Shown here: positions 10,398-18,932 of the stretch, one piece after another
Numbering within the stretch: the stretch's first letter is position 1
How the letters are laid out: each line of letters starts with the position of its first letter
Origin: Verrucomicrobiota bacterium
Lineage (GTDB): Bacteria > Verrucomicrobiota > Verrucomicrobiia > Limisphaerales > AAA164-E04
NCBI GenBank assembly: GCA_047947115.1
Contig: CP170459.1
Coordinates: 4,896,001-4,960,000, forward strand
DNA length: 64,000 nt
Reading direction: 5' to 3'
Translations under genes and position numbers: made by a program
The notes under the pieces: model-generated
Databases searched by the model: none
What the model was told of the DNA's origin: nothing
The model's input: only the letters and a program-made list of their open reading frames with translations

Positions 10398-11702
10398 ATG
10401 TCACTCACCTCCCCCATTTTGAACTATGTGTTCCGCAAGGAAATGTCCGCATTCCTGAGACCGGAGTCGGTTGAGGAAGAAGTCTTTCAATTCTCAGCTC
10501 CACCCTCTCACGACGATTACCTGCTCTACATCCACATCCCTTTTTGTGAGTCTCTGTGCCCCTACTGTTCATTCCACCGTTGCGAATACAGTGCTCGTCA
10601 GACAGAGTCTTATTTCCAGGCATTGTATAATGAAATCGATCTGTACCGGGAACATGGTTTTCAATTCAGATCCGCTTATATCGGCGGCGGCACACCCACC
10701 ATCCGGATGGACCTGTTGGTGCAGCTGCTCGGTAAAATAACCAACGCTTTTCCTCTCAGAGAAATCTCGGTGGAGACTAACCCAAACCATCTTTCCAAGG
10801 ACCACCTGGATCGCATGAAAGACGGAGGTGTCAATCGCTTGAGCGTCGGGGTGCAGAGTTTCGATGACGACATCCTGCACCACATCGGACGCCTTGAAAA
10901 ATACGGTTCCGGCCACACCATTCAAAAACTTCTCGAAAAGGCTTCCGGTATCCTTGAAACCTTGAATGTCGACTTGATCTTCAATATCCCTATTCAGACT
11001 GATGAAAGCCTGAATCATGATCTGAAAGTCATTCACTCCCTGCAACCAGATCAAGTCACCTTTTATCCTTTGATGACTGCTCCCTCGGTGGAAAAAACGC
11101 TGAATCAAATGCTGGGGCGCATGGATTACCGCAATGAGGAGAGACAATATCTCCATATTGTGAATCAAATGTGCGAGACTTACAACCAATCGACAGCCTG
11201 GTGTTTCTCGCGCTCATCGGGCAGCATTGATGAATACATCATCGATCACGACGAATATGTCGGGGTGGGAAGCGGATCCTTTGGTTTTTTTAACAACACA
11301 TTGCACATCAACACATTCAGCAATGCAACATATATCCAAAAACTGAAACAACGTGAGTTACCTGTTTCGCATGTCAAACAATTCACCCCCAAAGAACTTC
11401 AGTATTATTGCATGTTGCGCCGCTTGTTTGCATTGAAGACTCCGGCAAGACAATTGATCTCGGAATTAGATGCACTGGGGCCGGGGCATTTGAGTTGGTT
11501 GTTTCAGATTCTGACTCGGGGAGGCGCATTGAAGAAACAACAGGATTTTTTCCACCTCACCCGCAAAGGACAGTATATCTGGATCATGGCCATGAGAGAG
11601 TTTTTCATAGCAGTCGACACACTGCGTGATCAATTCAGAAACCAAGCCCAAGGAGGGGCAACGAATCAAATTTACCTTAGCATCAACACCTTACTGCCCT
11701 GA
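10398..11702 (+). CDS. HemN-like class C radical SAM enzyme, MenK/MqnK-type menaquinone methyltransferase candidate
   Basis: LYIHIPFCESLCPYCSF (CX3CX2C), YIGGGTPT, RLSVGVQSF, signature QVTFYPLM, C-terminal MREFF. Confidence 0.75.
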   Translation: MSLTSPILNYVFRKEMSAFLRPESVEEEVFQFSAPPSHDDYLLYIHIPFCESLCPYCSFHRCEYSARQTESYFQALYNEIDLYREHGFQFRSAYIGGGTPTIRMDLLVQLLGKITNAFPLREISVETNPNHLSKDHLDRMKDGGVNRLSVGVQSFDDDILHHIGRLEKYGSGHTIQKLLEKASGILETLNVDLIFNIPIQTDESLNHDLKVIHSLQPDQVTFYPLMTAPSVEKTLNQMLGRMDYRNEERQYLHIVNQMCETYNQSTAWCFSRSSGSIDEYIIDHDEYVGVGSGSFGFFNNTLHINTFSNATYIQKLKQRELPVSHVKQFTPKELQYYCMLRRLFALKTPARQLISELDALGPGHLSWLFQILTRGGALKKQQDFFHLTRKGQYIWIMAMREFFIAVDTLRDQFRNQAQGGATNQIYLSINTLLP

Positions 11703-12116
11703 GGCAACCGCTTCCGTTTCCACTTTGACCTTCTTGAGATTTGCCATTCTCGCGGCATCCATGACGAAAAACGTTTTGCCGAAATGGGATTCCACATCGG
11801 ACCGAATGATTAAAGCCGTGTTTGGGTCCTTGGCGGAGACGGATTTCAGTTTTTCTTCCAGTTCCGCCTTGGACAAGGCTTCTTCCCCCCAATAAAAACG
11901 ATCCGGGTCATCCTTCAGAATACTGATTGTCACACTGCTTGGTTCCGCCTGAGTGGACATCTTGGACCTTGATTGAGGCAGGCTGACATTCAGAGCGGGT
12001 TTGTGCTTAAATGTCGTGGTGACCATCATAAAGATCAACAATACGATCAGAATATCGATCAAAGAAATGATGATGATCGTAGGCGGTTTATGACGTTTGC
12101 GCTCCAGAAACTTCAT
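11691..12116 (-). CDS. exbD: ExbD/TolR biopolymer transport protein
   Basis: ISLIDILIVLLIFMMVTTTF TM helix with conserved Asp; IRSD...VMD. Confidence 0.9.
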   Translation of the reverse strand: MKFLERKRHKPPTIIIISLIDILIVLLIFMMVTTTFKHKPALNVSLPQSRSKMSTQAEPSSVTISILKDDPDRFYWGEEALSKAELEEKLKSVSAKDPNTALIIRSDVESHFGKTFFVMDAARMANLKKVKVETEAVASGQ

Positions 12117-12146
12117 AGGGGGATATGAAACCAGGTACCAGGGATG

Positions 12147-12872
12147 TTATCTGCCATCGCGTTTGCGCCGCGCTTTTTTTCCAGTAGTCGAGGGTTCGGC
12201 GAAAGACTCCGGCTCTTCCAAAGTCCCCTGTTGTCCTGACGCGTAGGCAAGAGGCTGGGAAGCATGCGCTGAAGGCGGATAATATCGCTGCAACAGATCG
12301 TCGCAGAGAGCTTCCAACTCAATGGCCATGGTCTCAACCTTCTTGTTGTAATAGCTCCAGGCAATCAGAGAAGGAATGGCAATCAACAGGCCTGTGAGTG
12401 TGGTGTTCAGGGCAATGGATATCCCTTTTGCCAACGAGGTATGATCGGCCATACTCGCCGCACCGAAGTCTCCGAACAAAGTAATCAGTCCATGCAAGGT
12501 CCCCACCAAGCCCAGCAAAGGAGCCGACCCAACGATCACCTCAATGACCACCAGTCCGCTTTCCAAAGTAGAGATTTCCTTGCGAGCCCGTGTTTGGAGC
12601 GCCTCAATATTTTCTGCTTTCGAGTAAGCAAACTGATCCATCGCCGCCAGAAGCATACGGCTGGCGGGTGATGGCAGTTGCCGACACACGGTCTGCAAGG
12701 TGGCCAAGTCATTTTCATTCTCACATTGGCTCAACGTGGTCGCAACTTGCTCCGGCACGACGTTGCGCCAACGCAAAGCCAATCCTCGCTCGATGATATA
12801 AGTCAACGCCACCACCGACATCGTCAGCAACAGCCACATAAAAGGTCCGCCTGCCTCTAAAAACTCAAACAT
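12147..12872 (-). CDS. exbB: ExbB/TolQ/MotA proton channel
   Basis: APLLGLVGTLHG...GISIALNTTLTGLLIAIPS. Confidence 0.92.
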   Translation of the reverse strand: MFEFLEAGGPFMWLLLTMSVVALTYIIERGLALRWRNVVPEQVATTLSQCENENDLATLQTVCRQLPSPASRMLLAAMDQFAYSKAENIEALQTRARKEISTLESGLVVIEVIVGSAPLLGLVGTLHGLITLFGDFGAASMADHTSLAKGISIALNTTLTGLLIAIPSLIAWSYYNKKVETMAIELEALCDDLLQRYYPPSAHASQPLAYASGQQGTLEEPESFAEPSTTGKKARRKRDGR

Positions 12873-12949
12873 GGTTCCTCAATTTTTCTGTAAGTTGCCT
12901 CGCTCCACTTCGAAAAGGCGAACGAGTCTGCGGTGTTGCCACCAGGTTT

Positions 12950-14053
12950 TCAATTGTAATAAAAAGTAAATCTTATATTGCGATAATCCGCCCCAACCAG
13001 ACGTCTCATGTCGCTGGGCCATTTGCCATACGGGGCAGGATCGGAAATGGCACGCTGGCAGAGAAGAGACTGAATCACACCAACGGTGTCTTCCTCTATG
13101 TCCACTTCACGCACCTCTCCGGTCGAGGTCAGTTCGAATTGTACCACGACCTTGCCCGAAGCGTTCCTTGCCGAAGGCAATCCTTCCAGCAGGCCAAACC
13201 AGCGCTGCTGAATGGCCTGGATCACCGCTGCATCATAAGCTCCAAAGGGCGTCGCCAACAAGTCCGGTGAGGATTCAATCCGAAAACGCTTCACTCCCCC
13301 TTCCTGCTGCATGGATTCACCTAGCAGCATACCACTCCGTTTCTTGGCCTCAGCCAGGGTCTTGGGACGCTCCTGCGGGGGCGCGGCGGGGCGTTGTTGT
13401 GGCGTGACCGGGCGAGGTTGTATATTGGAGAGCATTTCCGCGGTATCCGATGTCTCAGTCTCTTTCGTTTCCTCATCCACGGGATCCTCGGGCTCAAGCA
13501 CCATGTCCTCCTCCGGAACTTCCAATTCATTCACAACCACATCCGGGTTTTCAATGAGAGACGGATCGACAGGCGGGATTTCATCTGCGTCCGGGAAATA
13601 GGGCTGGAAGGACTCGAATGGCTGCTCCTCTGTCAACTGCTCGGAAGGTCCGGTATCAGTCGTCTTATGTACCAGATCCTGTTTCCCCTCCAATTCGGGC
13701 TGCTCCATATCCTTCGAAGTGTCCGGATTCCCCGCCAATGAGTCGATGATCGCGTAATAGGGTGTGTCGTCCGGTTTATCCTCCGTCGCCAGCGAAGGAT
13801 CGGCATCGAAAAAAATGGTGGGCTGGGGGTCTTGAACCAGATTGATTTCCAATTCCTGCGTTTCCTCTTCGGCCGTCAAATCCGGCATTTTAGGAGCCAG
13901 CAACATCGAAACAGGCCCCTTTTCGGTCAGGCCGTAATAATGAGCCAGCTCCAAAGAAGCAATGACCACGAAATGAAACAAAATGGACCACAAATAGGCC
14001 TTCAGCAGCAAAGGCTGCAGCCGTCGTGTTCCATGTATATCAAAACTGATCAT
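12950..14053 (-). CDS. TonB/TolA-like energy transducer
   Basis: N-terminal anchor SILFH, long Glu/Pro-rich linker, C-terminal TonB_C-like (IQQRW..GKVVVQFEL..G..AISDPAPY); upstream of exbBD. Confidence 0.8.
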   Translation of the reverse strand: MISFDIHGTRRLQPLLLKAYLWSILFHFVVIASLELAHYYGLTEKGPVSMLLAPKMPDLTAEEETQELEINLVQDPQPTIFFDADPSLATEDKPDDTPYYAIIDSLAGNPDTSKDMEQPELEGKQDLVHKTTDTGPSEQLTEEQPFESFQPYFPDADEIPPVDPSLIENPDVVVNELEVPEEDMVLEPEDPVDEETKETETSDTAEMLSNIQPRPVTPQQRPAAPPQERPKTLAEAKKRSGMLLGESMQQEGGVKRFRIESSPDLLATPFGAYDAAVIQAIQQRWFGLLEGLPSARNASGKVVVQFELTSTGEVREVDIEEDTVGVIQSLLCQRAISDPAPYGKWPSDMRRLVGADYRNIRFTFYYN

Positions 14054-14178
14054 GCGCAGCTAACTTGATCAATTCACCGGCCCAACGCAACCGATATATG
14101 CACTAAATTGTAGAAAATCGCCAGTAAGCCCTCATGTGCCCATTTCCTTGGAGCATCCACAAACAGGCCCCTACACAA

Positions 14179-14207
14179 GAAGAGGCGGCCTTGAAAGCCG
14201 CCTCTTC
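14179..14207 (-). terminator. Intrinsic terminator hairpin
   Basis: GAAGAGGCGGC-N7-GCCGCCTCTTC just downstream of the oxidoreductase stop. Confidence 0.7.
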
Positions 14208-14236
14208 AAAAGGTTGTGATGTAAAACCCAATTCGA

Positions 14237-15571
14237 TCAGATCACCACGGTCTGTCCGGGGACTGCTGTGGCATACATCCCGTCCGGTCCCGGCAGAGAC
14301 TTCGGCATGGCATCCCATGCAAAGCGTTCAGGCAGCAGGCTGATGTTGGAATTGATCGCATCGTTCCAATCCACCACTTTTCCGGAATAAGTTGCCATGC
14401 GTCCAAGAATGGAGGTCATCGAACTCTTGGCTCCGTATTCGGCTTCGTTGTAGGCGATGTTGTTGCGGATCGCGTGGAACAGGTCGTCATGTTCCTGCTG
14501 GTAAGGGTTCTTGCCCTGCCCCTCGAAACGCCATCGATTTTCACCGCGAATGATATAACGATTGATTTCGGCGCTACCTTTGCTGCCGTGAGCATATTCG
14601 GAAACACTGTTCCAACATCCCACCTGGTGGCGACATTGGCTATACAGACGAGAACCGTCGGCATATTCAAACTCAACGGCGTGATGGTCGAAAATTTCAC
14701 CGTAATCAATGCCAACCCGAACTTCGGCACCGCCCATACCATTGGCACGAACAGGAAAGTCGCCCTTGAGCCAGTTGATCACGTCCAGATTGTGGATGTG
14801 CTGCTCGGTAATATGATCTCCGCAGATCCAGGCGAAGTAATACCAGTTGCGCATCTGATATTCCATTTCGGTTAATTTGCGACCGTATTGTTTCTCGAGA
14901 TCCTCACGCTTGCGCACCCAGGGAGTATTGCCATTCCAATAAGCGCGAGTGGTGATGATATCTCCGATGGCCCCATCCTGAAGGCGTTTGATGGTATCAA
15001 TGTACCCAGCTTGATGATGGCGCTGAAGTCCCACTCCTACTTTCAGGTTTTTGCGCTTGGCTTCTTCCGCCGCAGCCAGCACTTTGCGAACTCCGGGAGC
15101 GTCGGTTGCAACGGGTTTTTCCATGAAAACATGTTTCCCTTGCTTGACGGCCTCTTCGAAATGAATGGGGCGGAATCCAGGAGGCGTCGCCAAAATCACC
15201 ACATCGGCCAATTCAATGGCTTTCTTGTAGGCATCAAAACCGATAAAGCGACGATCTTCCGGCACATCCACACGGTCACCATGCTTGCGAGCCAGATTGT
15301 TCAAACTGCCTTCCAACCGATCACCGAAAGCATCAGCCATGGCGATCAACTTGATGGGCCCCTGGTCGTGCGTGTTCAGGGCTTGGTCTGCGGCCCCGGA
15401 GCCACGTCCACCGCACCCGATCAGGGCGATTTTGATCTCGTCATTCTGCGCCGCAAAGACGCCGTGATTGAGCGCCATCGATCCTAATACGCTGCCCCCG
15501 ACAACGGTGGAGGACTGCTTCAGGAAATCTCTGCGCGTCACTGAATCCTGGTTTTGATTCTCTTTTTTCAT
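14237..15571 (-). CDS. Tat-exported Gfo/Idh/MocA oxidoreductase
   Basis: TRRDFLK twin-Arg signal; IALIGCGGRG; HVFMEKP; EQHIHNLD. Confidence 0.9.
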   Translation of the reverse strand: MKKENQNQDSVTRRDFLKQSSTVVGGSVLGSMALNHGVFAAQNDEIKIALIGCGGRGSGAADQALNTHDQGPIKLIAMADAFGDRLEGSLNNLARKHGDRVDVPEDRRFIGFDAYKKAIELADVVILATPPGFRPIHFEEAVKQGKHVFMEKPVATDAPGVRKVLAAAEEAKRKNLKVGVGLQRHHQAGYIDTIKRLQDGAIGDIITTRAYWNGNTPWVRKREDLEKQYGRKLTEMEYQMRNWYYFAWICGDHITEQHIHNLDVINWLKGDFPVRANGMGGAEVRVGIDYGEIFDHHAVEFEYADGSRLYSQCRHQVGCWNSVSEYAHGSKGSAEINRYIIRGENRWRFEGQGKNPYQQEHDDLFHAIRNNIAYNEAEYGAKSSMTSILGRMATYSGKVVDWNDAINSNISLLPERFAWDAMPKSLPGPDGMYATAVPGQTVVI

Positions 15572-15675
15572 AGGGTTTTGATTTATAGCTTAAACGCTCT
15601 CTGCATGTTTCCGCATTGAGCAGTGGTTTTCTGGAAATACGGCTGATTTTAAACTTTCCAGAGCCGTTGGCGAGT

Positions 15676-17403
15676 CTAATCTCGTTCACTCAGATTGTTC
15701 CAATACAATGCCATCTCTTCCTTACTCGGAACTTTCAAAGGCCGGACAACTCTCATCCCCAAAACTTGTGCATCTGTCAGATACCAAATGCTTTTCGGAA
15801 GTTGGGGATCTTGCATTTTCCACTCGGGGTTCGAACCACGTCGTGCGGCGCTTCGCATCGATTCCTGATAATCATCCCAAGAACCGCCACGTGCCGTGCG
15901 CGGATACAAGGTTTTGGCAACATTCCATGGATCGATCTGCAGTTGATCTTTGAACAACTGGTAACCATCCGCGGTATAAGCATCCAGCACCCATTCGGCG
16001 ACATTACCGTGCATGTCGTAAAGTCCCCAGGGGTTGGGTTTCTTGGTCCCAACCTTCTGATATTTGAAGTCGGCATTGTCGGCATACCATTCATACTTTT
16101 CGACATCATCAGGATTGTCCCCCCACCAAAAGGCCGTGGTGGTTCCCGCGCGACAGGCATATTCCCATTCTGCTTCGGTCGGCAACCGATAGAAATGCCC
16201 CGTTTTGGCGCTCAGCCATTGGCAATATTTATTGGCGGCATGCTGTGTCATACTGATGGCGGGATACCCGTCTTTACCCATTCCAAAGCTCATTTCCACA
16301 TAAGGTTTGGTGGGTTTTGTGACGGCGTCCGCCAAGGGATCGTGGTAATCATCGCCCGCATTTAACAAGCGAGCCATTTCTTCGGGATACATGAACAACT
16401 CATATTCATTCCACGTGACCTCATGTTTTCCGATCCAGAAGGGTGACACCTGAATGTCCACCTGAGGTCCTTCATCATCACGACGCCCTTCTTCACTGGC
16501 CGGACTGCCCATTTTGAAGGTGCCTCCCTTGATGGCCACCATGTCAAAGGTGATCTGCGTGCCGGTAATGGTTTCCGTGTAAGTCTCCATTTGAGACTCT
16601 TCGCTGATCGTGTTCTTTTCGATAATGCGATCGTGAATGGATGTAACCAGTTCCATATTGGCACCGGTGGGTCCATCCTCTGCTTTTCTGGGAACCAGCG
16701 TGATACCGTCCGGCCACTGGGCTCCCTGATCGATCCAGAAACGCAGGATATCGGTCTCTTCTTCGGACATCGGACCGTCCTTCTTGGCGGGAGGCATCAG
16801 GTCTGCGTGGTCTTCGGGCAGAATGGTGAATGTGTAGAGAGAACTCAGGCTGGAACGGCCGGGTATGATAGCTTTCCCGGATTTACCTCCGGCAAATGCC
16901 TTTTCACGCACGTCCAACTGCAAATCGCCATCAGCATGGCCTTCCCGATGGCAACTGACACAGTTCTGCTCCAGGACCAGCTGAACGTCTTCCACAAAAT
17001 CAACCTTGCGGGCCGGTTTCAGCACCACATCTTCAGGCCACTCAGCTCCCTGCTCGATCCAGGTCTTCAAGATATCCGTTTGCCCTTTCGTCAAAGGATC
17101 TCCTTTGGGAGGCATGATGTCTTCATCATCCGGATCCAGAATGGTCAAGGTGTAAAGCGAACTCTTATCCGGTTTACCGGGCTCCAGCGCCGGGCCATAC
17201 TCACCGCCGATAATCACGTTTTCGCGTGTATCCATCAGGAGTTCTCCCTTGACGTTTTCGGGATTATGGCAACTCAAACAATTGGCTTCCAATATGGGTT
17301 TGACCTGCTTGGAGAAATCGACGGCGTCCTGCCCCTGAATCGTAAGACTCAGACCAAGCGCCATCCAACTCGAACGTGCTATGTGAATTGTCGTTTTCTT
17401 CAT
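15676..17403 (-). CDS. Periplasmic protein with two Planctomycete-type cytochrome c domains fused to an FGE-sulfatase (SUMF1/EgtB/PvdO-like) domain
   Basis: Signal peptide; CLSCH..MPP..WIEQGA and CVSCH..MPP..WIDQGA; FKMGS, RLPTEAEWEYACRAG, GLYDMHGNVAEW, RGGSW. Confidence 0.88.
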   Translation of the reverse strand: MKKTTIHIARSSWMALGLSLTIQGQDAVDFSKQVKPILEANCLSCHNPENVKGELLMDTRENVIIGGEYGPALEPGKPDKSSLYTLTILDPDDEDIMPPKGDPLTKGQTDILKTWIEQGAEWPEDVVLKPARKVDFVEDVQLVLEQNCVSCHREGHADGDLQLDVREKAFAGGKSGKAIIPGRSSLSSLYTFTILPEDHADLMPPAKKDGPMSEEETDILRFWIDQGAQWPDGITLVPRKAEDGPTGANMELVTSIHDRIIEKNTISEESQMETYTETITGTQITFDMVAIKGGTFKMGSPASEEGRRDDEGPQVDIQVSPFWIGKHEVTWNEYELFMYPEEMARLLNAGDDYHDPLADAVTKPTKPYVEMSFGMGKDGYPAISMTQHAANKYCQWLSAKTGHFYRLPTEAEWEYACRAGTTTAFWWGDNPDDVEKYEWYADNADFKYQKVGTKKPNPWGLYDMHGNVAEWVLDAYTADGYQLFKDQLQIDPWNVAKTLYPRTARGGSWDDYQESMRSAARRGSNPEWKMQDPQLPKSIWYLTDAQVLGMRVVRPLKVPSKEEMALYWNNLSERD

Positions 17404-17532
17404 GGAAAAAAGTTGAGACCAATGTGAAGACAGACCCTTCGATTGTCAATCATCGGCTCCCTTGTATGACTTGATTTGACCTGAATGAATTCATTTACGA
17501 GCAAAAAAGGCCCATTGGGTCACAAAAATGTC

Positions 17533-18867
17533 TTATCCGTTCGCTTCTTCATGCATGGAGTGGAACCGGCGCCGCAACAAAGGTTCTTTTTCGGAAATGA
17601 CCGATCTCAACGATTCAACCGGCAGCGCGCCATGCTGAAATCGTCGCTTTTCAAAAACCGGCATGTCAACACTGGTCACGGCCTTGACCCCGGCTGCAAC
17701 AATGCGTCCTTTCAAGTCGTAAAGCTTTCCGTGCTCGTAATCGGTCATATCGATGTAGGGAATCCCCTCAGACACTTCGATGACAGACGGACGCGTGAAC
17801 GGACTGAACCCTTCGAAACCATAATGCTTAGCAGGCGCATAGGTTCGGGTATAGGATCGACTCAAACCTCCGCTGTAGGTGAGAGAATGCTTGATCTTAC
17901 CGACACCCCAGCCTTCGTGATAAAGCATCTGATTGTGCAGCACGCTCTTGATGGTTAATTCCGGATTTTCTTCGATAGGGTAATCCTTGAGATTCTCATC
18001 CCCTCCATCGCCATCCAACAAAAACTTCCAATCCGGATAACGCTCACGAATCCCTTTGTGCAACAACATGCCCATCGCGGCGCACTCCACATCCAGAGGC
18101 TTGTAATCTTCTATCGCCTGAAGGGTTGCGTCCAAGTTGATATCATCTGCATTGCCACTGATCTCTTCCAGAAACAAGCTATGGCCGGTTTTCTTCAAAA
18201 AATCTCGAGCCTGCGTGGCATCCTCCCCACCGCCCAGGTTCAGTGTAAACGCTTTAAGGCGTGTCAAAGGGGTTCCCATGGATTGCATCACGTGGTGCGT
18301 CGTCAGAAAAACAGCTCCACTGTCGATCCCACCTGAAAAGCAAATCCCAATGGGCTCTTTCGAAGGAACAGTGGAAATCCATTTGGCAATTTCCTCCGCC
18401 AATGCCCCGATATAACGGCGACCAATCTGATCCAGATCGTTTGGCTGCGTGTTCTTCTGCGGATCAAAAAATCGGGTGTAAACGGGATCCGGGTCGGGAC
18501 AGCCAATCAATTGGATTTCCACAACATAATGAGCCGGAACCATTCGGGTGTAGCTCGGGTGAAATTGATCACCAAAACCCTCCTGATGAAGCCAGTCCCG
18601 AATCGTATCCATGCGATCGGCAACAATCAGGGCCGGACCCTCTTCTCTTTTAGCCAGAAAATAACGCATCGGCCGATCCATCGACCGGGCCAGACGCACC
18701 GTCTTGCCTTCCTTGGCCAGCAAGGCGAAGGACCCATCGATCTCGCGAACGGATTCTGGTTTACCGGAAAGCACCCTTTCTCGAGCGTCCTCAACACTCA
18801 TATTATAAAGCCGCTGCGAATCCTCACTGATGAGGTTGACGACACGTTCCACGTATTGGTTGATCAT
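17533..18867 (-). CDS. Asparagine-synthetase-like ATP-dependent amide ligase lacking the N-terminal catalytic Cys
   Basis: PP-loop FSGGIDSG, DGDGGDE, C-terminal K...EKRRFQHG; degenerate Ntn region IDGSFAL..LARS. Confidence 0.75.
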   Translation of the reverse strand: MINQYVERVVNLISEDSQRLYNMSVEDARERVLSGKPESVREIDGSFALLAKEGKTVRLARSMDRPMRYFLAKREEGPALIVADRMDTIRDWLHQEGFGDQFHPSYTRMVPAHYVVEIQLIGCPDPDPVYTRFFDPQKNTQPNDLDQIGRRYIGALAEEIAKWISTVPSKEPIGICFSGGIDSGAVFLTTHHVMQSMGTPLTRLKAFTLNLGGGEDATQARDFLKKTGHSLFLEEISGNADDINLDATLQAIEDYKPLDVECAAMGMLLHKGIRERYPDWKFLLDGDGGDENLKDYPIEENPELTIKSVLHNQMLYHEGWGVGKIKHSLTYSGGLSRSYTRTYAPAKHYGFEGFSPFTRPSVIEVSEGIPYIDMTDYEHGKLYDLKGRIVAAGVKAVTSVDMPVFEKRRFQHGALPVESLRSVISEKEPLLRRRFHSMHEEANG

Positions 18868-18932
18868 GGACTTATCAAATTCCCATCACCCACTGAAAGC
18901 AAGTGAAAATCTCCTGCAAAAGGCAACTTGCC

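Noticed and set aside
10398..11702. Annotation as HemN coproporphyrinogen dehydrogenase or a heme-uptake gene linked to tonB-exbBD
   Set aside because: The QxTxYPLM signature fits MenK/MqnK better, and exbBD is convergent rather than co-transcribed.
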